A model generated the notes under the pieces. It was given only the letters and a program-made list of their open reading frames with translations, was not told where the DNA came from and did not search any database. Below, piece by piece: positions 31,572 through 41,515 of a stretch of 64,000 nucleotides of DNA (position 1 is the stretch's first letter; each line of letters opens with the position of its first letter). This DNA comes from Candidatus Latescibacterota bacterium (GTDB taxonomy: Bacteria; Latescibacterota; UBA2968; GCA-2709665). Location: NCBI GenBank assembly GCA_965203805.1, contig OZ241917.1:4864001-4928000 (forward strand). The letters are read 5' to 3'. A program made the translations under genes and the position numbers.

Positions 31572-34256
31572 CTATCCGCCCAGCTGTCGTTCCACGCCTG
31601 CCGTGAGGGCGGCATCGATGCGCGCGACGCTCTCCTCCAGGTGGGCGCGGGTCTGGCGGTCCAGTCCGTTGCTGGAAAGGGCGTCCCGGATCGCGGTTTT
31701 CAGTACTGCCAGGTCGGCGCGCGCAAGGGAAGTGGCATCGGCAGGCGCGTCACCGGGCGGTTTCACGACCAGTCCGACGACGTGGTTCAGGTGCAGGCGC
31801 TGGAGATTTCGCCGAAAGCTGTTAATGTTGGTTCCGGATTCCAGTTCCACCCAGATAGCCTCCCGGAGACCGTCGAAGAGTTCCGGCATGCCGAATACGT
31901 CGCCGCGCGCCCAGAGTCCCACGTCCTGCAGTCGGTTCAGAAGCAGTGGATGGTACAGCGCACTCAGAGGGCCCCGCTGAATGCTCAGAATCCGGCTGTG
32001 GATCGGATAGTCCAGCCGCTGCATGCGCCAGACCGCGCCGGTAAAGCCCCAAAGGCGTTCCGGCGCAAGTTTCCGCATCAGCTCGGGCGGAAACTTGAAG
32101 GCGCCAGCGCCGAAGACGTGGGTTCTCAGAAACTCGAACGCCTCCCGCTGCCGGTCCGCCTGGACCGGTTCGAACGGCAGCCGCTTTCCGGGGTCGCCCA
32201 CGTGGTCGCGCCGGTGATAGATTCCGCCGATGTATTTGGTGACATTGCGAGCGGCGAGGAAGTACTCCGTCAGGCCCTGCCCGAATACCCTCCTCAACTT
32301 CTGGTACCGCCGGCCGGGAACCTCGAACTCGCCCTCCATCTTTCGCCAGAGTTCCTTCGCCAGCGCGATCCGATGCCGGTGGAACGCCAGCGGGTCCGCG
32401 CCCAGGTCCCAGCGATTGACCGTCGGGTCGATACCCCGGGGCGCGCCGAAGGCGTCTTCGTCCGTGCCGTACGCGACCCGGGGGTCCGCGACTTTGGACG
32501 CGATTCTGTCCAGCTCCTCCCGTTCCGCCTCCGGGTTTTCCGCGTCGATGGGTTTGTAGGCGTATTCGATCGCCCATTTGTCGTAGGGACCGAGTGTTAC
32601 GGGAAAATAGTGCCCCTGCTTTGCTCCCACAGCCGCGATATTCGGCGGCAGGTAGTCCATCACCGAACTGGACAGGTCCTTGACGTTGTCTTTGTCCTGA
32701 AGGCGTTCCGCGGGATGCAGGGTACTGGCCCTGAAGTTGTGGCGCAGGCCCAGAGTGTGCCCCATTTCGTGTGCGGCGATCATCGTCAGATAGTCGTTGA
32801 TGAACTCCTGGCCCTCCTTCCCGGCCAGGTCGATTTCTCCCCGGGCGGCCAGCAGATTTCCCGCGAAGGCGGCCTGGTGGGCGGCGCCTTCGGCGTAGTC
32901 GCAGAACCCGCGCAAATTGTGCCGCGTTCGATCCTGCGCCGGCAGTGGGCCGCCGGCTTCGGATACGGGATCCACGAATTCTTCGTATTCGCGGAACATC
33001 ACACGCGGAAAGTCCGCGCTGAAGCGGATGCTCGCGTGGATCAGTTCACCGGTGAGCGGGTTGGCTCGGGAGGGTCCCTGGGCATATATTCTGCGCGGAT
33101 TCACGAACCAGCGGACCATGTTGTATCGCGCGTCCGCGGCATCCCAGTCCGCGTCGTCCGGCTGCTGCCTGACCACGATGGCGTCCTTGAAACCGATGCG
33201 CTCGAAGGCCTCATTCCACATCAGGAGCCCCTTTTTCAAGGCATCCCGGTATTTCACGGGGACCGTCTTTTCCAGCCAGAAGACGATCGGTTTTCTGGGT
33301 TTCGAGAGTCTATCGCGGGGATTCTCCTTCTCCAGGTGCCACCGTTCCACGTACCGCGTGTAGGGCGTCTCCTTCTGAACCGTGCTGTAGTCCTGGTACA
33401 TGGTGAGGAAGTGGCCCACCCGATCGTCTCCCAGACGGGGTCGGTAGCCCGTCCGCGGCAGGGTGGAAAGGCTAAAGTGGTAGACGTGCTGAAAACTGCG
33501 CGGGTCGGGGAACGTGTAGGCCTCGAATTCGGGATTGGCCGTATTGAAGTGCAGAACCACTTCTATTTCCGTATTCAGCGGGAAGGACTTCACCTTTCCG
33601 AAGTAGCTGTTCTTGCCGTCGAACCGGTACTTCACCTTGCTGTTTCTGAACGCCGCCGCCACCATTGCCAGATCCTGAAGGAAGAGGCCGCTTGCATCCA
33701 CTAGAATGCTCTTCCTTTCCGGATGGGGTTCGCTGTCTACAATTTTCGCGACGCTGAGGATGGAATTCGTGACGCTCCGCTCTAACGCCCCCGTGATCGG
33801 GGCGTTTTCATCCGCCCGGAAGTAGACGTTCTTGTGAAGGAACTGCACGTTCTTTCCGACGCGTTTGAGAACAAAGGGAAAGCCGTAGTTCATGAAACTG
33901 GGAATCAGGGCCGTGGCGTCGAAGAAATAGCCGTCGGCCGCCTCGCGGGTGACCGCGCACAGAAAGAGCCTGTCGAACTGTCTGGGCCTGATTTCCATGT
34001 AGACTTTGCCTTCGTCGTCCTTGCGATAAACGGTAAAAAGCCCCGGGACGACTTCGAAGTCCTTCGTGACGTCCTCGAAGGTCTTCTTCTTTTTCTTCTT
34101 GTCTTTTTTCGCGGTCGTGTCCGCTTTCGTCTCTTTGGCTTTGACTTTCGCGGTGTCCGCCGATGTGGTGTCGGGTCTGGCTTCTTCCGCATGTACGGTT
34201 ACGGCCAATAGGGAGGCGAAGAAGATGTGGGTGAGCGTGACGATCGGCGGGCGCAT
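31572..34256 (-). CDS. Secreted Met-zincin metalloprotease (DUF5117/DUF4953 type)
   Basis: Signal peptide; RLGDDRVGHF, HEMGHTLGLRHNF, SVMDY. Confidence 0.88.
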   Translation of the reverse strand: MRPPIVTLTHIFFASLLAVTVHAEEARPDTTSADTAKVKAKETKADTTAKKDKKKKKKTFEDVTKDFEVVPGLFTVYRKDDEGKVYMEIRPRQFDRLFLCAVTREAADGYFFDATALIPSFMNYGFPFVLKRVGKNVQFLHKNVYFRADENAPITGALERSVTNSILSVAKIVDSEPHPERKSILVDASGLFLQDLAMVAAAFRNSKVKYRFDGKNSYFGKVKSFPLNTEIEVVLHFNTANPEFEAYTFPDPRSFQHVYHFSLSTLPRTGYRPRLGDDRVGHFLTMYQDYSTVQKETPYTRYVERWHLEKENPRDRLSKPRKPIVFWLEKTVPVKYRDALKKGLLMWNEAFERIGFKDAIVVRQQPDDADWDAADARYNMVRWFVNPRRIYAQGPSRANPLTGELIHASIRFSADFPRVMFREYEEFVDPVSEAGGPLPAQDRTRHNLRGFCDYAEGAAHQAAFAGNLLAARGEIDLAGKEGQEFINDYLTMIAAHEMGHTLGLRHNFRASTLHPAERLQDKDNVKDLSSSVMDYLPPNIAAVGAKQGHYFPVTLGPYDKWAIEYAYKPIDAENPEAEREELDRIASKVADPRVAYGTDEDAFGAPRGIDPTVNRWDLGADPLAFHRHRIALAKELWRKMEGEFEVPGRRYQKLRRVFGQGLTEYFLAARNVTKYIGGIYHRRDHVGDPGKRLPFEPVQADRQREAFEFLRTHVFGAGAFKFPPELMRKLAPERLWGFTGAVWRMQRLDYPIHSRILSIQRGPLSALYHPLLLNRLQDVGLWARGDVFGMPELFDGLREAIWVELESGTNINSFRRNLQRLHLNHVVGLVVKPPGDAPADATSLARADLAVLKTAIRDALSSNGLDRQTRAHLEESVARIDAALTAGVERQLGG

Positions 34257-34352
34257 CCTGTCCTCCTGGCAGTTTATGTATTTCCCCGACACCCGATTGC
34301 ATGCGGCTCGCACGTCTGTTATTGGGACCGCGCTTCGTATGGAGGTCCCGGT

Positions 34353-34826
34353 TCATTCCGGACGAGCCGACCACAGCTTCAGTACGACCCGCACGGCGAG
34401 GCCGGTGATGCACCCCGCCGCGGCGGCCGAGAATACCACCCATCCGCCCTCCAGCAACACGAGCAATACGGCGCTGATTCCGAGCGACAACCCCCAGAAG
34501 AGACCCGCGCCGAGACTCCAGTCCAGCAGCACCGACACGAGGCCGACGCCCATGGCCGCGGGTATGGCCGCGACGAACCCCACGATCACCCCGTCGAACG
34601 GGCCCCAGAAGACTCCCGCGCCGACGCCAAGACCCAGCACCATGCCAACACCGGTGCTGATGTCGCTGCCCATCCCCACGATCAAGCCCAGCACGAGACC
34701 CCAACCCAGCCCCAGCCCCGCGGCGTGTTGCCAGCCCGGCTCCCCGACCATATCGTGCGAAAACGGTCCCATCAGGACAAAGGCCACGGCGAAAACGAAT
34801 CCACCGTGGATGACTTGCCGCAACAC
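34353..34826 (-). CDS. Gly-rich multi-pass membrane protein
   Basis: AGGAG RBS plus GTG start; repeated GLxxG hydrophobic segments. Confidence 0.55.
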   Translation of the reverse strand: MLRQVIHGGFVFAVAFVLMGPFSHDMVGEPGWQHAAGLGLGWGLVLGLIVGMGSDISTGVGMVLGLGVGAGVFWGPFDGVIVGFVAAIPAAMGVGLVSVLLDWSLGAGLFWGLSLGISAVLLVLLEGGWVVFSAAAAGCITGLAVRVVLKLWSARPE

Positions 34827-34885
34827 CGCTGCTCCTGTTCCGCTTCGATTGCCCAAACTGTCATGCCGAGTAAGCCGGTTTAAAG

Positions 34886-34942
34886 GTGGGGCCTGCCTGC
34901 AGCGCAGGTCGCTGCGCAGGCAGGCAGACATTCCTGTCTGCC
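34886..34942. repeat. REP-like palindrome (GTGGGG...CAGACATTCCTGTCTGCC) interrupted by a CCTGCCTG...CAGGCAGG hairpin
   Basis: GGCAGACA-TTCC-TGTCTGCC stem; 33-nt palindromic insert at 34892-34924. Confidence 0.6.
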
Positions 34943-35071
34943 TGCTTCGTTGATCTTTCTGTCGAAATAAAAACAGAAGTGAATCCTGCGGCGTCGAAGG
35001 ACGATCGAAGGCTGATGCGGTGGGGGGGTGTCAGTCCATTCAGCGACCGCTGCAGGGTATGCCGTAATTCA

Positions 35072-35473
35072 TCAGTCGTCGCTGGAGGATGACGCCGGTT
35101 CGACCAACTGATCCATCGATACGCCGAGCGCGCGGCCGAGTCTGCGAAACAGGTCGAGCGTCCCGGACTTGTGCCCGTTCTCGATCTGCGACAGATACCC
35201 CCTGGAGACGCCTGCCAATCCGGCCAGTCCGGCCAGCGTGAACCCGCGGTGCGTTCGCCATGCGCGCAACGGGGATCCGCCGTTCAGTGTGGCCTTAACG
35301 ATGTCGCCAGGAACCGTATCGCCTGCTGCATCATCTGACCAGGCCCTGTCGATGGCGGCGGAATCCTCGGCGTCTTCGAGCGCCGCTGCCATACGGCGGT
35401 ACGCTTCGATCCGAATAACGGCATATTCAGGCTCCCCATCCTTCACTATGATCTGTACGTCTTGATCGCTCAT
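35072..35473 (-). CDS. XRE/HTH antitoxin (HigA-like)
   Basis: GEPEYAVI N-terminus; LRAWR...GVSRGYLSQIENG HTH; ATGA overlap with the toxin. Confidence 0.85.
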   Translation of the reverse strand: MSDQDVQIIVKDGEPEYAVIRIEAYRRMAAALEDAEDSAAIDRAWSDDAAGDTVPGDIVKATLNGGSPLRAWRTHRGFTLAGLAGLAGVSRGYLSQIENGHKSGTLDLFRRLGRALGVSMDQLVEPASSSSDD

Positions 35474-35730
35474 CGGTAAATCTGCCCTCGCGTGTCAATT
35501 TTCGCGACCAGCAGCACCCGTTGCTCGTCGTTGATCGAGTAGATCACCCGCCAGTCACCCAACCTTAGTCGAAAGTCGCGGTCTCTACCCTGAATCTGTG
35601 TGGCGTTCGGATGCCTACCATACGGGTCTGCCGCAATCGCGTCGATCCTGGCGCAGACCCGCTGGGCGGTGCTGCGCGGCATGCCAAATAGCCGGCGTGC
35701 GGCCTGCTTCTGATAGCGGACTTCGTACAT
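35470..35730 (-). CDS. RelE/ParE family toxin
   Basis: MYEVRY, FRLRLGDWRVIY, RGQIY; toxin-first gene order. Confidence 0.9.
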   Translation of the reverse strand: MYEVRYQKQAARRLFGMPRSTAQRVCARIDAIAADPYGRHPNATQIQGRDRDFRLRLGDWRVIYSINDEQRVLLVAKIDTRGQIYR

Positions 35731-35736
35731 CCACCA

Positions 35737-35790
35737 AATTTACCCGATGTTTTCTATTTGTCAACTATTTTATAAAATTAGTTTTCTATT
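35737..35790 (-). promoter_or_regulatory. TA promoter/operator
   Basis: TTGACA-N16-TAAATT ending 6 nt before the ATG; direct repeat GTTTTCTATT at 35749 and 35781. Confidence 0.5.
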
Positions 35791-35890
35791 GGTTAATATA
35801 TGATCTGAAGCAAAGGGGAGGATGAACCGACGGAGGCCGCTTTTATGGAATGTATGTATAGCCCAGTTGGCTTTGATGTTGCGGCGATGA

Positions 35891-35960
35891 ACTCACATAG
35901 ATGGACAGGATAAGCACCAGGACCTTTCAATCCCGTTCATCCTGTCGATCCATGTTTCGG
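35891..35960. repeat. Dispersed ACATGGATG(G/C)ACAGGAT-family hairpin repeat
   Basis: ACATAGATGGACAGGAT...ATCCTGTCGATCCATGT; related copies at 37419-37490, 41463-41492 and 61916-61995. Confidence 0.65.
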
Positions 35961-36002
35961 TCCTTCATGTTGGGCATCATGCCTACCTCATGCTATCGGT
36001 GT

Positions 36003-37289
36003 CTAACCGGCTCGCAGGACCGTGTCGATGGCGGCGCGGACGATCTTCTCCGACTTTCCCGACACAAAGGCGTCTATTGGCTCATACCCGCCCTCGTCAA
36101 AGGAGGTTTCCATGGTGATGTACCCCGTCCCCTGGTCTCCGTATCCCGCCACGGCGACGAAGGCGTCCGGGCGGCTTTCCTGAGCGTGCAACTGGTATTC
36201 GATGAAGATCTCGCCCGGCAGATTGACCACCGCCACCCGGTCGTTGAGATGCATGCAGGTAATCGGAATGGGTCGCTCGCGGCGGCGCAGATAGGTCAGC
36301 ATGAGCGCGGCTTTGCTGTTTCCCTTTGACCGGCTGGCCGGCTTTGCGATTTGCGCCAGCAGGTTTTCCTCGTCCAGGTCCTCCCGCGGCGGCAGCCGAA
36401 CCGGTTCGACGGTCCAGCGTATCCCCTCCAGCGCCTCGCGCGTACTGCCCTGTTCCGATTCCATCATGGCGGTATGGATACGCCCGGTAAATAGCTCGCG
36501 GTTGTCGGCCACGCCGTCGTTGTACTTTCCGGCGGTGACGTTACCCGCGCACCCGGTGAAGTAGATGTGCGGCACCCCGCTTTCTTCCGTGCGGCGGTTG
36601 CGGGCCAGGCCGACGAACTCAGGCGTGACAAGCCCGGTGCCATCCATGCTGGTTGGATGGGTGGCATAGTAATGAACGAGGGCCACCGGCTCATCCTGAT
36701 GGTAATAACCGATCGTCTTGAGCATGGGGTCGATGACACCCTCGGGCGCTGCCCGCACCTCCGGATCGGGCGTCTTGGTCCAGCGCACGGCGGCCACCTT
36801 CCCGTCCGGCCCCATAACCCGCCTGTTGGAGGCAATCCTGTCGACTCTGGCCTCGCCAGTCGATATATGTGTGCAGGGCTGCAGCCTGTCCATGGCCTCA
36901 CCCGCTGCCTGTGCCGCCCGGGTCCTCACGCTTTCGGCCCAGTCTCCGGCCATAATTACATCGGTATGGCCGTACGAATCGAGAATATGCTGGGCGTCGC
37001 GATCGGGCCACGGGGTATCGTGGGCGTGGGTGCAGTGCACGGCCACGCGGTCCGCCTCGGTGCCTGCCGCCACGGCCAGCGCTTCGCGCCACCGGTCGTA
37101 GTCGCCGTTGCTCAATTCGGCCCAGTCCAGGGCGCACAGGACCATGGGCGGCTGGTCGTCCGGCACGATCACCAGGCCCAGGGCGGCAAGGGGGTCCAGA
37201 ATACCTTTGGCGGAAGGATACCATCCCGCGCAAAGCGGATGCCCCAGCGGCGGGGTCACGTCGGATTGAAAGGTGGCGATCCGGATCAT
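36003..37289 (-). CDS. Neutral ceramidase-like hydrolase (uncharacterised)
   Basis: DVTPPLG, HCTHAHDTP, YATHPT, FTGCAGN, LPGEIF, GGYE. Confidence 0.65.
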   Translation of the reverse strand: MIRIATFQSDVTPPLGHPLCAGWYPSAKGILDPLAALGLVIVPDDQPPMVLCALDWAELSNGDYDRWREALAVAAGTEADRVAVHCTHAHDTPWPDRDAQHILDSYGHTDVIMAGDWAESVRTRAAQAAGEAMDRLQPCTHISTGEARVDRIASNRRVMGPDGKVAAVRWTKTPDPEVRAAPEGVIDPMLKTIGYYHQDEPVALVHYYATHPTSMDGTGLVTPEFVGLARNRRTEESGVPHIYFTGCAGNVTAGKYNDGVADNRELFTGRIHTAMMESEQGSTREALEGIRWTVEPVRLPPREDLDEENLLAQIAKPASRSKGNSKAALMLTYLRRRERPIPITCMHLNDRVAVVNLPGEIFIEYQLHAQESRPDAFVAVAGYGDQGTGYITMETSFDEGGYEPIDAFVSGKSEKIVRAAIDTVLRAG

Positions 37290-37418
37290 GGCTTCTCCAT
37301 ATTGAGCCGGCCCCGGCATTGCGTGCGGGCTGTGCCGACGCGAAAGGGGATCCCGGGAATTTGAATGAAAAAAGGGTGGGCGAACGGCAAAGTACGGCGG
37401 GGATTACATACTGTCAAC

Positions 37419-37490
37419 CCGAAACATGGATCGAGGCGCTCGAGATAGAGTAGGCAAGAAACTCACATGGATGGACAGGATACACAGGAT
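37419..37490. repeat. ACATGGATG-family repeat copy
   Basis: CCGAAACATGGATCGA and ACTCACATGGATGGACAGGATACACAGGAT. Confidence 0.6.
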
Positions 37491-37725
37491 AAAGCGCAAA
37501 ACCGACAACAAAATCCCTTACCCGTCAATATCCAACGCTCATTGGGTCCGGGCATCAAGACTGTCTGAATCCACGAGCGTAGGCACTGGATGGATTGAAA
37601 TGGCGCGTGGAAAAAAACCGGTGTCGGCGTATCACTTCGCGTGTTCCATTATCTCCCAGAAGCCGGTATATTTGACGCAGACATCCCAGTGTGATCAATT
37701 CGGATTATCTCGAGTGAGTACCGCG

Positions 37726-39858
37726 ATGGAGCGTTTTTCAGTGGAACATCTGCTTCAGTTGAAGGTGCCGGCTACCCGGGTACCCTTCGATCTCAGTTCC
37801 GATGGGCGTTTTCTGGCGCTTACGATGGTGGCCGTCGGCCGCAACCGATCGGTATTGACATCCGGGGACCCTTCCGGCGTTCCCCAGGAAGTCATGCGGC
37901 CCACGGTTGTCGTCTTCGATACCGAGGCGTCGGATTTCGAATATCCATTCGGCGAAGCCGCGGTCTCCTGGGCGCCTCAGTGGTCTCCGGACGGTCGCCG
38001 TCTTGCAGCCTATGTTCAGGAAGAGGCCAATCCGGCCTGCCTGGCGATATGGGACCGGAACACGTCGACGACGGAAGTGTACGAGAACGCGAAATACGTC
38101 GGCGATTACGGCTTTGAGGTCCCCAGGTGGACAAACGACGGACGCCGGATTCTGATGAAGGCGGATCCGGGGAAACAGGACGCCGGCGCCGAGGATTCCG
38201 GAGAGAATGGCATTCAACGGCGGACTTCCGCCGAATCGGTTGTCGTCCCTATCGATGACTGGGAGAAACGTGGAGACCTCATCGCGGTGGACGTGGGGTC
38301 GGGGGAGGTTTCTGTGCTGGCGGAGAATTGGTCGTTTCGATGCTGGCGCCCGTCTCCCGACGGGACCCGCGTTGCCTGTCTGCGCATCGAGGGGCACAGG
38401 AAGCTATCGGGTGGGAACCTGTGCGATTTGATGGTTATCGACATCGACAGCGGGAAGACGCTGTGCGCCGCCCGAGGGATCGTGCAGTCGTACACGACCG
38501 CATTCAACTGGTCGCCTGATGGCACGCGGCTATGCTATATGACGTGGGGCGGGGAGAACTCCGGCCATCCCCACGTGGTCGGAATGGATGGTGGGAGCCG
38601 ACCGATCGATATCGCAGGTGAAAGCGGTGCGTACGTCAGAAAAATCGACGACTCCTACGAATTGCCTCCCAGGTGGCGTCCGGATTCGAAGGAAATACTG
38701 CTGCCCGTACCGGACGGTATCCGGGTCTTCGATGCGGCCGGAGAGGCCCAGCGAAAACTCTCGGTGCCGGACGGTTACAGGGTGTCGACCTGGCTGCTTC
38801 CACAGGAAGACCCGGTGGCAGATACGCGCAAGGTACCCCTCGCCGTAACTCGAAAGGACGAGACGCTCTGTATCGCGGAGGTGGGCCTCGATAGCGGGGC
38901 GTTTCGTGAAAAGCTGGCGTTAGACGGCGCAATCCAGTCTTGCACGCTGCTGAACGAGGCGTCAGGTGATGATGGTTCGATATTCATCGCGCGGGAGACC
39001 GCAATAAAGCCACCGGAGGTCATCAGAATCAGCCGAAGCGGCGACGTCAGGCGGATTTTCGATCCGCTGCCTTCGATCGAGTCTATCAGTATGGGCACGC
39101 CGGAGCTTGTTGAATTCAACGTGGACGGCAATGAGAGCTACAAGGCGGCTCTGATGCTGCCTCCCGGTTACGATGGAACGCGGCCTGTGCCGGCAATCAC
39201 CGTGGTTTATGGCGATTACGCATACTCTGAGGATATATACAGATTCGGATTTATGGAAACCCCATCCGAGGACAACGCCCATTTTCTGGCACACCGGGGT
39301 TACGCGGTGGTGTACCCGGATACCGACCTCTCGGGACGCGACCCGATGATTGAGATCGCGGCCAGAACGACGCCCGTGATCGAGCACCTGATCGATCGGG
39401 GAACCATCGACCCGAATCGGATCGGACTCTACGGTCACAGTTACGGCGCTTATTCCGTGCTGGCGCTCCTGACGCAGACAAAGCTCTTCAGGGCCGCCGT
39501 ATGCAACGCGCCGATTGCGAATTTGACGAGTTTCTACAGTCAGCAGGACTGGTTCTGGTTCGAGTCGGGACAGGGAGGAATGGGAAAGCCGCCCTGGGGC
39601 GATCCCGTGGCGTACGTCCGCAACTCTCCGTTGTTCCTTCTGGATCAAATTGAGGCGTCGTTGCTGCTCGTCAACGGCAGCGAGGACACAGCCTCTGCAA
39701 GGCAGGCTGAGGAAGTGTTCAAGGGGCTGTTGAGGCTCGGGCGGAAGGTGGAGTGGATCCAATATGAAGGCGCAGACCATTTCACGCCTGAGTGGGAGTA
39801 CACCAAGCTCAGGCATCTGTGCAATACCATGCTCGATTGGTTCGATGAACACCTGTAG
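37726..39858 (+). CDS. S9 family (prolyl oligopeptidase/DPP-like) serine peptidase
   Basis: WSPDG propeller repeats; GHSYG nucleophile, GSED, GADH. Confidence 0.88.
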   Translation: MERFSVEHLLQLKVPATRVPFDLSSDGRFLALTMVAVGRNRSVLTSGDPSGVPQEVMRPTVVVFDTEASDFEYPFGEAAVSWAPQWSPDGRRLAAYVQEEANPACLAIWDRNTSTTEVYENAKYVGDYGFEVPRWTNDGRRILMKADPGKQDAGAEDSGENGIQRRTSAESVVVPIDDWEKRGDLIAVDVGSGEVSVLAENWSFRCWRPSPDGTRVACLRIEGHRKLSGGNLCDLMVIDIDSGKTLCAARGIVQSYTTAFNWSPDGTRLCYMTWGGENSGHPHVVGMDGGSRPIDIAGESGAYVRKIDDSYELPPRWRPDSKEILLPVPDGIRVFDAAGEAQRKLSVPDGYRVSTWLLPQEDPVADTRKVPLAVTRKDETLCIAEVGLDSGAFREKLALDGAIQSCTLLNEASGDDGSIFIARETAIKPPEVIRISRSGDVRRIFDPLPSIESISMGTPELVEFNVDGNESYKAALMLPPGYDGTRPVPAITVVYGDYAYSEDIYRFGFMETPSEDNAHFLAHRGYAVVYPDTDLSGRDPMIEIAARTTPVIEHLIDRGTIDPNRIGLYGHSYGAYSVLALLTQTKLFRAAVCNAPIANLTSFYSQQDWFWFESGQGGMGKPPWGDPVAYVRNSPLFLLDQIEASLLLVNGSEDTASARQAEEVFKGLLRLGRKVEWIQYEGADHFTPEWEYTKLRHLCNTMLDWFDEHL

Positions 39859-39921
39859 GATAATTCCCGGTTCTCTACACGCGCTTCCCGCGCATCCTTC
39901 CGCATTCTTCCTATCCCCACC

Positions 39922-39950
39922 TTGACAGTGGGACCGAAAAATACTATACT
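39922..39950 (+). promoter_or_regulatory. Near-consensus sigma70 promoter
   Basis: TTGACA-N17-TATACT. Confidence 0.65.
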
Positions 39951-39979
39951 GATGTGCAGTATATTTCTTTCCCCGTTCC

Positions 39980-40219
39980 GCGGATGATCAACTGAAACTC
40001 GAAGGGATTTTTCATTCCCTACATGATGGCGAAATTATCGAAGATTATCCGCATGATGAACCCTACCCAAGTTGTCTGATATATGGAAATAATGCGGATG
40101 GAGAGCCGATTCATAGCGTATGGGCGTACGATGACCGGAATCAAAGGGCAATTCTGATTACTGTCTATCGACCCAATCCAGGACGATGGATCAATTGGCG
40201 AGAGAGGAGGACCCGGTGA
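39980..40219 (+). pseudogene. 5'-truncated DUF4258 toxin-like gene
   Basis: ADDQLKLEGIFHSLHDGEIIEDYPHDEPYPSCLIYG...PIHSVWAY...LITVYRPNPGRWINWRERRTR*. No start codon after the in-frame stop at 39950; TGATG overlap with the next gene. Confidence 0.7.
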
Positions 40220-41349
40220 TGGCGTCCTATGAGGAATGTCCGGTTTGTGGCGGTCCGATTGTTGAGGGGGAAATCGAGGAGATTTTACGTGGAGACGTCG
40301 TAAGGGAGACGGCAAGAATCCGGACCGACGTCTGCCTGAAATGTGGGGAACGCCTTTATACGCCGGAGGCGGCACAACGTCTCGAAAACACAAGGTCAAG
40401 GCAAGAGATCAGGAAAACGGCTGTTGTCCAAAACAAGGCGCTTTGTGCCAAAATGGAATACGAGGTCTGGTTTCTCAATTTTCTGGAACAGCGAATCGAC
40501 CGGGCTAGAGAGATCGACCAAAGCCCTGTGCTCAGAATCACGAGCGGAGTTGAACCCTCGAACATCAAGATGACGTTCGTAGATTCATTCTCGAATGATG
40601 CATCGCTCATCCATGCGATGATGCCGCTCACACTTGTTGGTTCCTTCAAAGTGCTCGATATGATCTTCGAATGGGTCCTCGAAGAGAATTGCAAATTGGG
40701 AAAAATCCGACAGGTTCCGTGGCGCTTCACTGATAAGGAAAAGCTACTCAAGAACGTATCCAATCTCCAGTTGCCTCCTCTCTTAGTGAAGAATGCACAC
40801 TTTTTCACCTATGCCAGGGCGCTTTTTCTCACACTGGCGCGATTTCGGAATGAGGTCGTGCACAGCAATAGCTTTTCCGTATCCAGAGATACATTGACTC
40901 TGTCGAGTTCCCGATCTGGCGCCAACCTGACCCTGTCCGGGAAACAGATGGACTGTCTGGTGAGGTTCGTGCGCATTCTCGCCCGTTCGCTAATCGGCGA
41001 GGTTTCTGTCGACGCATACAAGCACAGGTTGATTCGCTCTTGCCTCGACGTACTCGCGCCTGTTCACGGGTTGGGGACGTTCAATCAACAGATGCCTCGA
41101 TTCGCGCGCGTGGAATTCACCGTGCCCAGAAAAGGACCCGCTTTCCCAGCGAATTTGAAACAGGTGAGGGAGTTGATTTCGAAGACATTTCGAGATCAGG
41201 AAGTGTTCTTTGACCTCAAGGTGCGGGCTGTCGACGGCGACAATCTCGTCGCCAGGTGGCATTTTTCGCCGGATGAAGTGCCGGACGGGGACCAGTTGAC
41301 GCTCTACGAAGAATCCCACAAGACAAACCGGGTAGAAGTCGTCAGCTAA
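40219..41349 (+). CDS. YgiT/MqsA-type zinc ribbon fused to putative HEPN-like domain
   Basis: CPVCGG...VCLKCGERLYTPE at the N-terminus; RNEVVH (RX4H) in the C-terminal ~300 aa. Confidence 0.65.
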   Translation: MASYEECPVCGGPIVEGEIEEILRGDVVRETARIRTDVCLKCGERLYTPEAAQRLENTRSRQEIRKTAVVQNKALCAKMEYEVWFLNFLEQRIDRAREIDQSPVLRITSGVEPSNIKMTFVDSFSNDASLIHAMMPLTLVGSFKVLDMIFEWVLEENCKLGKIRQVPWRFTDKEKLLKNVSNLQLPPLLVKNAHFFTYARALFLTLARFRNEVVHSNSFSVSRDTLTLSSSRSGANLTLSGKQMDCLVRFVRILARSLIGEVSVDAYKHRLIRSCLDVLAPVHGLGTFNQQMPRFARVEFTVPRKGPAFPANLKQVRELISKTFRDQEVFFDLKVRAVDGDNLVARWHFSPDEVPDGDQLTLYEESHKTNRVEVVS

Positions 41350-41462
41350 GAGTCAACCTACGGATTCTAGTGATTTCAGGTCTGGTTCTGTAATTCCCTT
41401 GTGCGGGTTGTTCCCCGCATAGTCAGTATAATCCGCAGTCTGTCGTATTGGTTTTTCGCTTT

Positions 41463-41492
41463 CATCCTGTTTATCCTGTGCATCCATGTTTC
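41463..41492 (-). repeat. ACATGGATG-family repeat copy
   Basis: Minus strand GAAACATGGATGCACAGGATAAACAGGATG. Confidence 0.6.
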
Positions 41493-41515
41493 CCGTCTGA
41501 GCAGAGGGCATCTCA

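Noticed and set aside
8-34953. Many long antisense or alternative-frame ORFs (e.g. 8..1399, 12471..14312, 31518..33704)
   Set aside because: They are shadows of real genes in high-GC DNA and carry no motifs.
37426-37725. 100-aa N-terminal extension of the S9 peptidase
   Set aside because: It runs through non-coding repeats; ATG 37726 is more plausible.
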